Shown: piece by piece, positions 41,135-54,058 of the stretch
Layout: every line of letters starts with the position of its first letter
How positions within the stretch are numbered: the first letter of the stretch is position 1
From: Octopus bimaculoides
Lineage: Eukaryota
Length of the DNA stretch: 64,000 nt
Direction: 5' to 3'
NCBI RefSeq assembly: GCF_001194135.2
Contig: NC_068982.1
Coordinates: forward strand, 150,027,555-150,091,554
Program-made: the position numbers and the translations under genes
Notes under the pieces: model-generated
What the model was told of the DNA's origin: nothing
What the model saw: only the letters and a program-made list of their open reading frames with translations
Database searches by the model: none

Positions 41135-41326
41135 GTTTCAAATTTTGCCACAAGAGCAGCTATTACATCGACTTCAGTATTCAGCTGGTACTTTTTTGAT
41201 CAACCCCCGAAAGGACGAAAGGTAAAGTCGACCTCGGCGAAATTTGAACACAGAACGTGGCGACCGGTAAAATACCGTTAAGTATTTCATCCAGCGTGCT
41301 AACGATCCTGCCGGCTCGCCGCCTTT
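41135..41326 (-). mobile_element. tRNA-derived SINE family B
   Basis: Minus strand head GGCGGCGAGCCGGCAGGATCGTTAGCACG…GTGTTCAAATTTCGCCGAGGTCGACTTTACCTTTCGTCCTTTCGGGG. Confidence 0.8.
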
Positions 41327-41794
41327 ATAACAGTACCAGGCAGTGGCTCTCATGGCTTCTTATCTTAACTGATTGGAAGTGTTATCATATACATGTTTTA
41401 CATTGGTGTAAAAGATGGGCTACAGAAAATATTCTGCTCAATATCGCAGATTTAATTATCAGTTGCTTGACCATAACCAGTTGAGCATGTTTCCTTAGTG
41501 GCTGACGATATGTGCATCTCTGATCACGAGCAGGAGTAGTGTGAGAGCATCATAATAGTCATGTGTAGAGAGGGGTCCTTTGGAGTTTGAGTAAATCACC
41601 CTTGGAATTTCATCATCCTTAAGCAACTCTTATTCAGGGACCTTTTAAGCGACTGCCAAGAAAGATCGTTGTAGTGAGCATTTGAAAATCTCTAAAATAT
41701 TCTAATACATTATTAAATGTTATTGAAGTTGTCATCTTATGCACTAACTATGCAAATTAGACAAACCAGTTTAGCTATATCTATGTTTCGAAGG

Positions 41795-42020
41795 GCTTAG
41801 TCGAGCAAATTGACTGTAGTACTTTTTTAAATCAAGTACTTATTCTCTCAAACAAATTACACAAACCCAAATACGATATACATACAAAAACTGGTTTCTT
41901 TTATATTCGTCAACCAATTCCACTCACAAGGCTTTTGTTGACCCGGGGCTTTTGTTGCAGTGGGTCTGAACCCGGAACCGTGTGGTTGGGAAACAGACTT
42001 CTTACCACGCAGCCACGCAG
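41795..42020 (-). mobile_element. SINE family A, internally deleted and diverged
   Basis: TTAGTCGAGCAAAT…AGTACTTATTCT and CTGAACCCGGAACCGTGTGGTTGGG remnants. Confidence 0.65.
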
Positions 42021-42518
42021 CCACGCTTGCAACGATGACTGTATACACTATAAATGTCTACAAGGTACCACTTTCTCCGTGGACAGAGGATGATTATTCT
42101 TTGTCTATTGAAGGTTTCGCAAGACTAAAAACAGATCAGATTGATCCTAATGTTTTGATTCACGAAGAGATGAAAATTTGAATCGTAATCCTTTGATTAC
42201 TTTCAGCAAATACAATACTAATCAGGCGATTATTTTTGTCTGTGACGAATACATATATCTGTAAGCTTATTTTAATATTCTGCTGTATTGTGAATATTGC
42301 TACCAGTGGTAAGGCCTACGCTCACCACATTAGCTATACCTAATAGGAAGGGCCAAACAAAACATGAGACTACGAAATTCCAGGAACGTTGATGAGGTGT
42401 TTGGGAAATGTAATATGTTTAAATAAACTGTAAGCAATTCATGCAAAGGTATTACTAAATACATAAAACTAAAACGCTTTCGAGTTTTCAATACATGTCT
42501 AAAACAAGATCTATTCCC

Positions 42519-42635
<117 letters not shown>

Positions 42636-43136
42636 TAAGCACATTTTGTTGGTTGGTTTATATGACGTTGTAACAATTAACAATGTTGCATACACATATA
42701 TCTTTAACTATACAAATATAGACATACATGTACAAACACACGTGCACACTGACATTTTTTATACAAAAACAGAGCTTCTCAACCCAGTGTTTACATGCTG
42801 TTACTTAGAGCGTCATGTATGTGCTTCAAGATATTTCAAAATCATTAGCCCCACGACTTTATCCTTTACAGAAAGAAAACAGACCAACGAACACAGTTAT
42901 ATATACCTACACCACCGGAAAAAAAATTATACATATGACATCGCTACACAAACCACACACACCATCCCCACAGGAGCACCATATTAATAATACATACTTT
43001 CCCCACCAGAGAACATAACTCCTAACCTAATCTTCTGGCCCTTTTTCGTTTCACTACCTTTTTCACAGCAGCCGCTTGCCAGATGTGCTAATCCACCTCC
43101 GACAATAGAGAACAGTTGCCATTTCCCTTCCATATC

Positions 43137-43228
43137 GGCTAACTCTGATGAGCGTAAAGTTATATAATCGGATTGTTAGCTAACATTCCATTGTATTCAT
43201 TACGCGAAACCGATTGGTAAAATCAGCC
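43137..43228 (+). ncRNA. Type I hammerhead ribozyme motif with intact core and long stem II insert
   Basis: CTGATGA-GCGTAA[42 nt]TTACGC-GAAA-CCGATTGG-TA: 6-bp stem II, stem III ACC/GGT, GUA triplet; stem I only partly paired (GGCT/AGCC). Confidence 0.6.
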
Positions 43229-43735
43229 ATGATGGATATTTAATACTATACATTTCGGATAATATAGTCCTACGCAGGACAACGTTACTATATCTTTTTC
43301 CAGTTAGCTAAAAGTAGTAACATATATATTATTATATGTTATATCATATTATAATATATTATATATGTTTAAATATAAGTATATTATATTACATTATGCT
43401 ATATTATATATAATTAAATATAATTATATTATATTACATTAAGTAATATATAATTATGTTGTGTCTAGAGTGAGTCATTATGCCAATATTATTAACACAC
43501 GCACCTTTATTATTAGTCAATTGGTTAAATATCCAACTAGCTAATCGATTATTTGTTTAATTTAGTTGAACAGTAAGTCATTTGTTTCGTTTTTGTTTGT
43601 CAAAGCTCTTTCGTCCTTTTCAATGACATTTCCCATGATTCTCCCTAGACATAGCAAAATTTGTTTCAACACACGAATTCACATAAAGAATCTTGCAAAG
43701 CAGATACAAAAACGAAGTAATATATAATTTTATTA

Positions 43736-43852
<117 letters not shown>

Positions 43853-44134
43853 GTGTGGACAAGATTGCACTAAATGAATTGTGTTATAAAGTGAAACTGA
43901 CGTTCTTCGTTTCAGTATCTAATTTAGGAGACTTTAACAACTGATCACTTGCCCACTGTTACAATTATACTTGAGAACTACACAAATATATATTGAGACA
44001 GATACATTTACTGATAAACCAAGTGTCGTGAAAGAGTTCGTAATTATGCAATAGAGTTCACTTTACTAATGGACCTTACACCTACACATTGACATTTATG
44101 CTTCCCTTTCTCATTCCCTCTCTCTCCCTCTCTC

Positions 44135-44183
<49 letters not shown>

Positions 44184-44418
44184 ATCTATCTATCTATCTA
44201 TCTCACTCTGCGTGTATGTCTCTTTTTCTTTCTCCTTACTTCTATCATCAGCTTAACAGTCGATCGCTATGCATTTAAGCCAATGTCACTGTCTATATCT
44301 TAGTCTTCCATTCACATTATGATGGTATATTTTCCATATTGAGAGAAATAGTAGCTTTCTACAGACGCTATAATAGTATCTACATATGCATATTTATGTG
44401 TGTGCGAGTGTGTGTGTT

Positions 44419-44500
<82 letters not shown>

Positions 44501-44503
<3 letters not shown>

Positions 44504-45102
44504 CGATGGGTAAATTGTCGCCATTTTATATTTTTAAATTTCACGCGTGCGCATTGTCGACTACACAGAATAGTAGGGTCAGTTGGGCACCGTCTGTGAG
44601 AAAACAGCGCCATGACGCAATTAACTCTGACAGAAGCGACATGCTGTACTGCTTGGCATTCGCGCCGGAAGCTCCAATACGAACAGATGGTGAACACACA
44701 GAACAAGCGCTGGCTTGCCGTGTCCCCAAAACATGTACCGAGAGGGATAAAAATCAAACATCCAGTCAACATCATGGTGTTTGGAGTGATCACTAGGGAT
44801 CACGACGTTATGTCTCTATTCATCTTCCTACACGGCCACACACTCAACACGGAGGACAATCAAGTGACTGGAGGAGGTAGTGCTGCCCTGGGTCAAGAGG
44901 GTGGCTGCTGGAACACTCTATGTCTGGCAACAGGACTCTGCACCATGCCACACAAGCAGGAGAACCCAATCAGGGCTGTCAGACAATTTCTGCGACCACA
45001 TTACCCCTAACGTCTGACCACCTAACTCCCCAGACTGCAACCCCCTTGATTATTATGTGTAGGTCGCATTTGAGCGAGAGACCGACAAAACTACTTGTAA
45101 CA
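44501..45102 (+). mobile_element. Internally deleted and 3'-truncated Tc1/mariner (maT/DD37D-like) relic
   Basis: Starts at the end of a (TA)n. MTQLTLTE start, then a jump to QMVNTQNKRWLA…KHPVNIMVFGVIT…; shifted frames give WQQDSAPCH and PPNSPDCNPLDY catalytic motifs. Confidence 0.85.
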
Positions 45103-45580
45103 TTATAGGTGTTGGAAGTTAGTGAGCTGCGTGCAATTCCGTAGTAGGTATAAAAAAGAACTTTCAGGAATAATAATAGTTTATCGGCGTAGAAGGTTGT
45201 AGGCTATTCCCCTATCGAAGTTCGATAAGCTAAAAAAAGTTGATTTTCTTTTTCTTTCTAGTTCACGGTTAGCTATGAATGCGAATATAAATCGAAATTG
45301 AGGGAATGGAGTAGGTAAAATATAGGTTACATATGTTTACTTGCTGGCAGAAACTCGGAAGTAATAATTATTCAAGAAGAGGTACTGCACTACCTATTTA
45401 TCAGGCCGAAGATACCTTAGTTAAATGTAGATTATAAATAGATATATATATATATATANNNNNNNNNNNNNNNNNNNNNNNNNNNNNNNNNNNNNNNNNN
45501 NNNNNNNNNNNNNNNNNNNNNNNNNNNNNNNNNNNNNNNNNNNNNNNNNNNNNNNNNNNNNNNNNNNNNNNNNATATATA

Positions 45581-47640
45581 GAATAAAATATTTTGAATGG
45601 CACAACAATGCACTATAATACAAACAATGGACTATAATAACTGTTGTCATTTAATCATCCATAGTCTGATGTGATATTTCGGAATAAAATTCCTTCTTCA
45701 GATATCCCTAGGAATTGATGAAGTCGTTGCTATAATCGGTTTTCCAACAGCTTTTCTTTGTTTTTTTGCGGAAGCGTCTCAGCAGTGGTCTCACGAAACT
45801 CCGTCCGGAATTTACTCATGAGAAGTGAATGAGGTCGGCCAAGTCTCAATCTCGTGTGTGCTGGCACATCCGTAGCGCTGCTTCTAAGTTATGTGTTATA
45901 CATCCAGCTTCCCTTTTTTCCCTTTTTTTCCCTCTTTTTTTTTTGTTATAAACAATACATGAGCATGTTATCAAAAATGAACCTACACGCATCCAGATGT
46001 AGCTAAATAATATATTGATTACCAGCCTCCAGCCTGTTGTTAATCTGGGGTCCTAGTCTGTGCATGGGTAAAGCTTCCTTAATTCTTAAATTACCCAAAT
46101 TTCTTTCATTGGCCTCAATTGTGACTGTTATGCTTATGCCGGTGTTCCGGCATCTGCCTAGATGTTTTCTGAAGGAAGAGGCTCTCGTGTTCAGATGTTC
46201 TTTGATGTGGAGGTGTAACGGTCTTGTTGTGCTACTCACATAGAACTTGTTGCATTTCTTGCATTGTATTCTATATACAACATTTACCCGTTGGCATAAA
46301 TCTGGCACGGATGGGACAGTTTGTTAGTGTGCATTGACTGGTGTCCCTTGTTCGTTTCTTTTCGAGGTGTCTTCTCAGAGAGGGGCCAGATTAGGCTAGT
46401 TGTATGTCTAGCCCTTCTCTTCTTATGGCTCTTCGGATGGCTGTAGTTATCCTCTCACTAAAATGGGATATTTTAAGGAAGCATATGTTGTTGGGTTTTC
46501 TATGCGTTCGGCGTGTTGGTCGTCTTGGGTCCTTCAGCCGATTTACAATGGATCTACGGTACCTGTTGGTTTTCAATATATCTAAGAAGCGTGTTGTGTG
46601 GGTCACCTTGTCCTCTGTCCTGCTGCACTTGCCCTGGATGCGTGCAAGTTCATTTCTGGTGTATCCTATTTTGGCACCGAGTGGAAGTGCTGAATTGTAC
46701 TGGACAAACATATTTCTACTGGCTGCTTTCCTGTAGAACTCGGTGTGGATCTCCCCTTCTTCCGTTATATTTAGTTGGAAGTCAAGTAGTGATAGTGATC
46801 CAGTGATGTCGGGATGTTCTATAGTGAACTTAATGTTCGTGTCCATGTTATTGAACGTCGTGAATATTCTGTCAGCCTCTTCACAGGAGGATGTGAGTAT
46901 GAGGATGTCATCTACGTATCTGGTGAAGAAGGTGCATGAGCGGCAGATGTTGAGTGCTCGATGTTCCAGATAGTTCATATAAGCAATGGCTAGTAGGCCC
47001 GAGAGACTGGATCCCATGGGGAGACCTGTTGTCTGTTTGTATATATGGTCCTGGAAAGAGAAGTAGGCGTTGTCCACGATGATGGACACAAATTGATGTA
47101 TATCAGCTGCGGTAAGTCCGAAGCATTGGATGTCAGACGCTATTATGCAGTCAGTCAATAGGTTGACCGCTGAGTGTGCTGGCACCGTTGTGTACACTGA
47201 GACAACGTCAAGACTAAAGGCATATCTGTTTTGCCTGGGTTGGTCTAGGGGCAGTTGGTGCAGTCTTTTCATGACACCGTCGGAGTTCTTGACGTATCCA
47301 GGAAAGGTGGAGAGTATGGGTTTCAGGATGTGAAAAAATAACCAGGATATTTTATATAGAGGTCCTTCCACGCTAGAGACGATGGGTCTAATCTGGATCG
47401 TGTTGCTATCCTTGTGTGTTTTAACGAGGTGATAAAAGCTGGGTAATCTACTGTTCTTTGTGATGAAGTTGTTTTTGTATTTGTTATGTATTTGTCTCCG
47501 TCTACAGATGTCCGTCCATGCGGTGTTAATTCGGTCCTCAATCCTGGTCACAGTTGTATCTGTCACCTCAGAATATAGTCTGTCATTGCTTAAATGTTCT
47601 AGTGTCAGTCTATCATATATTTCACGAGAAACAAAGAAAA
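45581..47640 (-). mobile_element. Penelope-like element, 5'-truncated: RT + Cys-rich linker + C-terminal GIY-YIG endonuclease (Naiad-like, tentative)
   Basis: About 415 open codons with KTHK…IRPIVS, FSLDVVSVYT, QTTGLPMGSSLS, RYVDD, LDF, FYRK. One TAA and one frameshift precede CTLTNCPI..LCQRVNVVYRIQCKKC..Y..STTR.LH.HIKEH…IKEAL. 3' UTR carries an HHR and ends in (TA)n. Confidence 0.93.
45668..45706 (-). ncRNA. Minimal hammerhead ribozyme in the Penelope-like element's 3' region
   Basis: GATAT-CTGAAGA-A-GGAAT(TTT)ATTCC-GAAA-TA-TC-ACATC: stem II 5 bp, palindromic stem III ATAT, stem I 4/5 paired. Confidence 0.75.
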
Positions 47641-47786
47641 GCCGTGTGTGTGTGTGTGTGTGTGTGTGCGTGTGTGTGTGTACGTACATAAACAAACACA
47701 CAAGCATATAGACATGTATACTATATGTACATATATATATATATACATACATATACATATATACATATACATATACATACATACAA

Positions 47787-47853
<67 letters not shown>

Positions 47854-48603
47854 NNNNNNNNNNNNNNNNNNNNNNNNNNNNNNNNNNNNNNNNNNNNNNN
47901 NNNNNNNNNNNNNNNNNNNNNNNNNNNNNNNNNNNNNNNNNNNNNNNNNNNNNNNNNNNNNNNNNNNNNNNNNNNNNNNNNNNNNNNNNNNNNNNNNNNN
48001 NNNNNNNNNNNNNNNNNNNNNNNNNNNNNNNNNNNNNNNNNNNNNNNNNNNNNNNNNNNNNNNNNNNNNNNNNNNNNNNNNNNNNNNNNNNNNNNNNNNN
48101 NNNNNNNNNNNNNNNNNNNNNNNNNNNNNNNNNNNNNNNNNNNNNNNNNNNNNNNNNNNNNNNNNNNNNNNNNNNNNNNNNNNNNNNNNNNNNNNNNNNN
48201 NNNNNNNNNNNNNNNNNNNNNNNNNNNNNNNNNNNNNNNNNNNNNNNNNNNNNNNNNNNNNNNNNNNNNNNNNNNNNNNNNNNNNNNNNNNNNNNNNNNN
48301 NNNNNNNNNNNNNNNNNNNNNNNNNNNNNNNNNNNNNNNNNNNNNNNNNNNNNNNNNNNNNNNNNNNNNNNNNNNNNNNNNNNNNNNNNNNNNNNNNNNN
48401 NNNNNNNNNNNNNNNNNNNNNNNNNNNNNNNNNNNNNNNNNNNNNNNNNNNNNNNNNNNNNNNNNNNNNNNNNNNNNNNNNNNNNNNNNNNNNNNNNNNN
48501 NNNNNNNNNNNNNNNNNNNNNNNNNNNNNNNNNNNNNNNNNNNNNNNNNNNNNNNNNNNNNNNNNNNNNNNNNNNNNNNNNNNNNNNNNNNNNNNNNNNN
48601 NNN

Positions 48604-48658
<55 letters not shown>

Positions 48659-49169
48659 TTGTTTGATATGTTTTCGGTTGATATGTTGATATCAACAGAA
48701 AATATTCCGCTACGTATTTGCGCAGTACACTTAATCCCACGCATTTACAGTCCACTTAAATGTCAGGACACCACAGTAGTTTAGTTGGGAGATGTAAACC
48801 GATATCACACAAGCGATGTTTTATATGGCGTTACTTTCAGGTTTTGTTTAAATTTCTGTTTGACGTATTGTTTTACGCTTTACTACTTTCATTTACATGC
48901 ACGCGGCCATGCTGAAGCACTGACTGTAGTCGTTTTTTCTTTTTATTCGATTATATTGAATCCAGTATCTATCTCAGTATGGTACATATTTTATCGATTT
49001 ATGTTAATCGAACGGCTGATTTAATTCGTTTTTCATAACACCGGTTTTTACACAAATAAACGTAAACAAACACAGACACACAGACACACATATATATGTG
49101 CATGTGTCTATCTGCGATATGGATGCATGTTCATGTATATTATATTTGTATGTATGTATATATATAGAT

Positions 49170-49246
<77 letters not shown>

Positions 49247-49735
49247 TAGATAGATATAGGAAGGGCTCTCCCGTCGGATTCGCCTATGAAGATACAACCT
49301 ACACTCTTTGTCAATCATAATGCTTATGTTGAAATATATATAGATAGATAGTTAGATGTATGTATGTGTATATATATATGAAGGCCTCTCCTGTCGGATA
49401 TGTATGTATGTATGTACATAAAGTATATATGTTTATATGTGTGTGCGTTTGTATATGTACGTACAAACGAAGAGGGAGAGAAATATCCAATACATATAGT
49501 AGATATTATTTATTCATTTATTCGAAGATGGGGTTTTCCTTCGTCATTAATAAGCACTTGAACACACACACACACACACACTTGTAACTCGAAGCTCTAG
49601 TATGTGTGTGTGTGTGTGTGTGTGTGTACATGTAAGCATGTATCTTTATAAGAAGGTACGTCTATATGTCTCTATGTTTATATCTTCCGATGTCTATCAC
49701 GACATTAAATAAGTCAATCGATCTATGTGTTTCTG

Positions 49736-49827
<92 letters not shown>

Positions 49828-50761
49828 CATACATATATACATATATACATATATACATACACACATACATACATACATACATGCATACATACATACATAC
49901 ATACATACATACATACATACATGCACACACATGCTTACATACATGCATACATACGCATTATGTGTGTGCGCGTGTGCGTTTGTATGTATATGTAGATGTC
50001 TCCTGATATATTACTAATAGGAGTAATTCGTAGATACAACGAGAGTATTTCTTCGTTGATATATTTTTTGTTTAAAGCATTAGCTTAAACGGAATGACAC
50101 GTAAAATAAATCAATACGACTTCCAAAATAAACGTACATATATAGTCATTAAGATAAGCATACATACATCTCCTTTTCCTGGAAATGAATTCTAATTTTC
50201 AACGGGTATGTAGTTCATACACGACTCACCGCCATCTCTAGATGGCGCAGTGACTACTTTATGAGCGTTGTTCTCACATATTTTTGAAACTGGCGTTTCT
50301 AATGAGACAAACTGAAAATTCATGAAATTTCGGAATCCCAACAAATATTTAGAGAGATGACCAAAGTGACATAACTATTTTAACATAAATACGAAATGAT
50401 TTCAGTTCAGAGCATCAGTTTTTACACCGGTAAACATAAACGCGGACATACAGACTTATATGTACATCTGCTGGTATTGCACAGATGATTTGTTTGTAGT
50501 GGTCAAATGTTTATGCTGTGCATTAGTTCACTCCCGCCATCAAATCGACATTATCTCTACAGGTTCACGATGTGCCACACTTTAGGTGTTGAAGTGATCG
50601 CAAAGCAACGTGAAATGAAGTATTTTTCTCAAGAACACAACCATGATCAGGCAATCGTGAATATAACACTAGGCCGCGCGCCCTCACATACATACATACA
50701 CATACATACATACATACATACATACATACATACATACATACATACATACATACATACATAC

Positions 50762-51125
50762 AACTGCCTCAACAAAAACCTGGAAAAATTAGAGTTCTCA
50801 AAACCTGAAAGAAAAAGGCTGATTAGAAGACTACAGTTTCAAGCCATCAATGGAACTGTAAAGATATGTAAAACTTTCCAAAAATTTAGCACATAAATAC
50901 ATATGCATGCATCTAGACATGAAAATATATACATAAAAACGCATCCATAAAACAAACATACAAATGTGCGCATACACTAACACCAAATACTGCACACACA
51001 CACACACATATGCACAAATACCTAGATGATGTTGATAAAAGTTCCAATGAAGGAGCCTTGAATCTATGTTAGAGTCCAGCTCTTTCTCTATGGACAAGAA
51101 ATACAGAAATGAAACTGATTGATAA
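50762..51125 (+). mobile_element. 5'-truncated R4 family A 3' end
   Basis: NCLNKNLEKLEFSKPERKRLIRRLQFQAINGTVKICKTFQKFST stop plus 3' UTR; long (CATA)n on both flanks. Confidence 0.88.
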
Positions 51126-51239
51126 CATACATACATACATACATACATACATACATACATACATACATACATACATACATAAAGAAACCTAGCTGTTTCT
51201 TGCAATACATACCAAAACACACAACTAAAACAAAAATTT

Positions 51240-51354
51240 TTCATGGGCCATTAAAATACTATTGTGGATCTCCAATTTACTATTTCATTGTGTAGATCTT
51301 AAAAATTTTATATGGACCCTCGGGGGCATATTGGACCCTGGTTGACAACTACTG
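51240..51354. mobile_element. hAT-type MITE end
   Basis: ATATTGGACCCTGGTTGACAACTACTG terminus. Confidence 0.5.
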
Positions 51355-52022
51355 GTCTAAAAAGAAATTTACTCTTTAGCCCAGCTAAAGTAGCTTAATC
51401 TGAGACCGGGTGCTGAAACTGAGGTATTTACATTATGGAAGAGCCCCTTAACGACATACAAAGCTGTTAAATTCACTTTAAATGTAATCGTATACATATA
51501 TATTTCATGGGGTATCAAAATTTTCGACGCAGAACTACGACTGGGTCACTAAGATGATCCCAATGCAACTTTAAAACCTGTTAATGGCCAGTTCTTATGG
51601 GTTTAGGACCTTATTTCTGTTTTCTTTTCTTTGAGTTTAGAGACATATGTTTGTTGCATGCATGTAAATCTATCACAGGTCGGTCCCTCTTCGAAGTGTT
51701 CAGTTTACATTAATAAAATCTGGGGCGTTGGATGGATAGACAAAGGTTAAGCAGGAAGTAACGCAAATAACATTATAAAATTAAGAATGTGATTGTACAT
51801 ACTTCATTATATATATAATGGCTGGTAGTTAGCAAGTTGTGACACACATAAGAAAGAAGAAAGCAAAGGACCACTGATGAGGTCACAGAAGTGTGACGAA
51901 AGAACTCTGGCCGAAATAGGATTAATGTAAAGTAATGTAATATAAAGCTGAAGCAAATTAACACCAAATATACAGTGCGTGTGTTTTTATTGGCTAAACT
52001 GGCAATATGACCATCCCTAAGT

Positions 52023-52071
<49 letters not shown>

Positions 52072-52074
<3 letters not shown>

Positions 52075-52190
52075 CAAATTTACAGAAGACGAAGACGAGT
52101 GTAGGAACAACAAACAAATATATTAGTGTATTAGTTTCATGCTCGGGAAGAATGGAAGCGTCTTTTACGTTTAGAGCCTACACTCTTCGA
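52072..52190 (-). mobile_element. Short HHR-bearing element, copy 3 (truncated within the ribozyme core)
   Basis: TCGA-A-GAGT(GTAG)GCTC-TAAA-CG-TA-AAAGA; ends in (TA)n 52031-52071. Confidence 0.7.
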
Positions 52191-53077
52191 GATATACACG
52201 TACACCCATGTGTAAGAAAGCATACATATACATACACACATATATATATCCATATATATATACATACACTCATATACGTATGTACACACANNNNNNNNNN
52301 NNNNNNNNNNNNNNNNNNNNNNNNNNNNNNNNNNNNNNNNNNNNNNNNNNNNNNNNNNNNNNNNNNNNNNNNNNNNNNNNNNNNNNNNNNNNNNNNNNNN
52401 NNNNNNNNNNNNNNNNNNNNNNNNNNNNNNNNNNNNNNTATATATATATATATATATATATTAATTGTTCATTTACAAGAAGAAGGGTGACAGTGACTTC
52501 GAAGTTTTTGCCTACTAGCCTTCGAAGGGCTGAAACTAACAAACCGAAATTTTGAAGTCGTTGTCATTCCTCTTCTTGTAAAAGTGTAATATGTACTCTA
52601 CAAAAAGTACTGAGAATTTATTTAGCTTAATATTAAACTGTGCGCACAATCACACACATGCATAGTTATATGCACATATAACATACATACATTCATACGC
52701 ACACTAATACATACGTGTGCATACATAGACATGTATGTATACATAAGCACATGCGCATGTATATGTATGTATACATACACACACATACATGCACATATAA
52801 GCACATACATATGCACATATCCATTGGCAAAAGTATAAGTATAGAAAACTAACTTAAATAGGGAAAGAGAAATATGCATTTCTAGAGTGTGGTACATTTT
52901 TATCGTTCTATTGAGACTAGTATTTTGTATGAGAACCGATTCAGTAACCTGTCTAAGTAGCGTATCATAGGGATATGTAGATATAATATCTACATTGAGT
53001 CAATTAACGGGACGCGTTGTCCTTAACTAGTGAATGTTGGTAAATAATGGTACTAGCATTTTTTACCATGTATTCAG

Positions 53078-53125
53078 TAAATGGTTCGCGAGTATTAAGA
53101 GCAGTCTCACATAAGTTTCAAGAAC
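53078..53125 (+). CDS. Candidate internal exon, 48 nt, phase 1-1: (V)NGSRVLRAVSHKFQE
   Basis: Acceptor TTTTTTACCATGTATTCAG|, donor AAC|GTAAGT; open in phase 1. Confidence 0.4.
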
Positions 53126-53508
53126 GTAAGTACATTCCTTCGAGTTACTTTACATAGTATGTAGTATTTCACAGTCTTCATCACTACTATTACTTTAATT
53201 CTTCTTCTCAGTTAAAGTAATTCACGATCATCACAATTAGCCTTGTGTATGGACATATGCCTCTATCAGACCGGCAGGTGATGGCATATTCATAGCTTGC
53301 TTCGGTTCAAGTAACCGAGAGTGGCTAACTAGACCAAACATGGTTACAAATTGAACATTTTATCTTTGGAGCAAGAGATAACTCTTTCATCTCTGCATTA
53401 ACTACAGTAATATGAAACTGACCACGCTTGTTCCCTTTGCTTTTTCATTGGAGCAAAATATAGTTAGCATGTACCTACGTATGTGCGGGTGAGAGAGAGA
53501 AAGAGAAA

Positions 53509-53545
<37 letters not shown>

Positions 53546-53956
53546 CGCGCGCGTGTGTGTGTGCGTGCGTGTGTGTACACGTGTGTATGTGCGTGTATGT
53601 GTGCGAGTGTGTATGCAGGCGTGTGTGCGTGCGTGCATGTGTGTGTGTACGTCTGTGTGTGTATGTGTGTGTATGTGCGCGTGTATGTGTGTGTATGGAG
53701 AGAGAGAGAGAGAGAAAAGGACTTAAGTTCTCAATCACTTTCTGATCATTGCTTATACAGTAATTAATAAATACATTTATGTTACTCCAGTTTCATATCA
53801 ACCAGGTGGGGTTGGGGAATGTCACACAAAAACCAAACACGGGTTTTCGTTCGTCAAATACTGAAGGACCAGTGAGTATTTGACCCTGGCCCGGTATAGG
53901 GCCTTTCCTATTTGAGGCAATAATATCCAGTCACCGGATATGCATAGACATTATAC

Positions 53957-54025
<69 letters not shown>

Positions 54026-54058
54026 TCAAAATAAGCACTAAGGATATCCAGAGGTAAT

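Noticed and set aside
45789-45823. SECIS-like hairpin (AUGA…UGAG) in the Penelope-like element 3' UTR, minus strand
   Set aside because: Upper stem only about 7 bp, no apical AA, and no in-frame TGA in the ORF; at most an ordinary hairpin.
52510-52545. AGCCTTCGAAGGGCT-GAAA hairpin resembling HHR stem II
   Set aside because: No CUGANGA upstream and no stem I or III.
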